This document shows positions 62,746 through 64,000 of a stretch of 64,000 nucleotides of DNA, piece by piece; position 1 is the first letter of the stretch; each line of letters starts with the position of its first letter. The stretch is from an uncultured Fidelibacterota bacterium (GTDB taxonomy: Bacteria > Fidelibacterota > Marinisomatia > Marinisomatales > Marinisomataceae): contig CACBFQ010000002.1 in the NCBI GenBank assembly GCA_902538565.1, positions 285,908-349,907 on the forward strand, given 5' to 3'. Both the position numbers and the translations under genes were made by a program. A model generated the notes under the pieces. It was not told the DNA's origin. It saw nothing but the letters and a program-made list of their open reading frames with translations, and did no database searches.

Positions 62746-63268
62746 TATTAATTCTTCCTCTTGGTTGCAAAATATTCCAATCAGTTAGGTCTATATTAGA
62801 TTTAAATCCAGTTCCATAAAGTGTGTCCGTATCTGAAGTAACAAATTTAAGATTTGCATCAGTATAAATTTTATCAGAATTATTATCCCATGTTAAAGAG
62901 TCTGTCATAAGTATTTTTCCATCATCGGAAATGACAATAACACTTCCATAAGCTTTAATTCTATTTTCTTTTTCATTTACCATCGCAGATTGTGATTTTA
63001 TTAAAGATTTATGCTGAAAATCTTCATCAAATAAATCAACATTAACGTTATCATATAGCTCTAATTGTAATGATTGATTATTCTTTTTTAAGATTTCCGA
63101 TTTGATTTTTGCAGTAATATTACCTTTTTTTGTTAGCGTAATTTCTACATTTGTTGATAATTGATCATGTACGTCTTTTTCAACATTATTGGTAAATTCA
63201 TTTTTTGAACATGAAACGAAAAAAAGCATTAAAAAAATTGTTAATTTTTTGTTTAAATCTAATGTCAT
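62738..63268 (-). CDS. lptC: LPS export protein LptC
   Basis: N-terminal anchor, beta-jellyroll pattern (LMTDSLTWD, LYGTGF); between kdsC and lptB. Confidence 0.8.
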   Translation of the reverse strand: MTLDLNKKLTIFLMLFFVSCSKNEFTNNVEKDVHDQLSTNVEITLTKKGNITAKIKSEILKKNNQSLQLELYDNVNVDLFDEDFQHKSLIKSQSAMVNEKENRIKAYGSVIVISDDGKILMTDSLTWDNNSDKIYTDANLKFVTSDTDTLYGTGFKSNIDLTDWNILQPRGRINND

Positions 63269-63807
63269 TTTAGCTCACTAAGTAATTTATCTAATTGTTC
63301 AGTAAAATCACCTCTAGATTGAATAAGCAGGTCAATTACCTCTCTTACTGCGCCTTTACCCCCTTCAAGTAAAGTGGTATAGTGCGAATAATTAGATATA
63401 TACTTTGGAGCATTTGGTACTGTAACAGCAAATCCAACTTTTTCTAAAATAGGTATGTCTATAATGTCATCTCCAATGAAACAAACTTCATTATCTAATA
63501 CCCCATATTTCTTTTTTAATTCATTGTATGCATCAATTTTACGAATTACTCCATTATATACGTCATCAATTTGAAGCTCTTCTGCTCTTTGAGTAGTTGT
63601 AAGAGATTCTCTTCCAGTAATCCATGCAGTTTTAATATTAAGATTCAATAATCTAAGCGTTACAAAACCAACACCATCAAGCGCATTAAAAGATCTCAAC
63701 TCATCTCCAGATGTACTTTTAATAAATGATCCATCTGTGAGTACACCGTCAATATCACAAATAAATAATTTTATTTTAGAAAGTGAATCTTGTAATTTTT
63801 TATCCAT
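63265..63807 (-). CDS. kdsC: KDO 8-phosphate phosphatase (HAD)
   Basis: CDIDGVLTDG, ITGRES, FIGDDIID, GGKGAVREV. Confidence 0.92.
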   Translation of the reverse strand: MDKKLQDSLSKIKLFICDIDGVLTDGSFIKSTSGDELRSFNALDGVGFVTLRLLNLNIKTAWITGRESLTTTQRAEELQIDDVYNGVIRKIDAYNELKKKYGVLDNEVCFIGDDIIDIPILEKVGFAVTVPNAPKYISNYSHYTTLLEGGKGAVREVIDLLIQSRGDFTEQLDKLLSELK

Positions 63808-64000
63808 GATTTAAATATGTTTCTCTAAAAGCAATAATAGATGTTAATACTTTTTCTAGTTTATCAATAGGCCATTGTGTGCTAGCATCGCTCAATGCAT
63901 TATCTACATCATCATGCACTTCCATAAATATTCCATTTGCACCTGATGACACAGCAGCATATGTTTGGGAAGGAATAAATTGTCTATTTCCACCTGTTTT
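63800..64000 (-). CDS. kdsA: KDO 8-phosphate synthase, C-terminal 66 aa (partial; absent from the ORF track)
   Basis: The reverse strand reads KTGGNRQFIP...GANGIFMEVHDDVDNALSDAS..., a KdsA motif; the stop overlaps the kdsC start. Confidence 0.9.
   Translation of the reverse strand, partial: KTGGNRQFIPSQTYAAVSSGANGIFMEVHDDVDNALSDASTQWPIDKLEKVLTSIIAFRETYLNHG

Overview
AT-rich (roughly 30% GC by eye), very tightly packed bacterial chromosome segment. Genes mostly abut or overlap. No integrase, transposase, prophage, CRISPR or rRNA was seen. Several features point to the FCB superphylum: a T9SS-type C-terminal domain, a short epsilon subunit, Cys-free SecA and Tgt tails, DUF3098, and bactofilin next to atpI. 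My best guess is a streamlined marine Marinimicrobia/Marinisomatota (SAR406-like) genome; this is inference, with no marker search run. The core content is secA/nusB/aspS, a complete atp operon preceded by parA-parB-M23-bactofilin, secDF, LPS/Kdo genes (kdsA partial, kdsC, kdsD, lpxH, lptBC), rpoN, tgt, amino-acid catabolism genes and four CCA-less tRNAs (Asp, Leu, Arg, Asn). Three things stand out. (1) An adjacent cohesin-bearing lipoprotein and a 1588-aa dockerin- and T9SS-CTD-bearing BNR-propeller protein (2592-8403) form a candidate non-cellulosomal surface-display system. (2) A phosphate-starvation locus (38131-49802) has a membrane-less PhoR, PhoB, a TonB-dependent receptor, a beta-helix lipoprotein, PhoU, a divergent PiT-like permease and a phytase-like lipoprotein, with no pstSCAB in the window. 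It carries three copies of a previously unannotated 11-bp-period Pho-box-like motif. (3) A small, internally duplicated, basic protein has strong expression signals (37323-37550). All family assignments come from motif recognition by eye.
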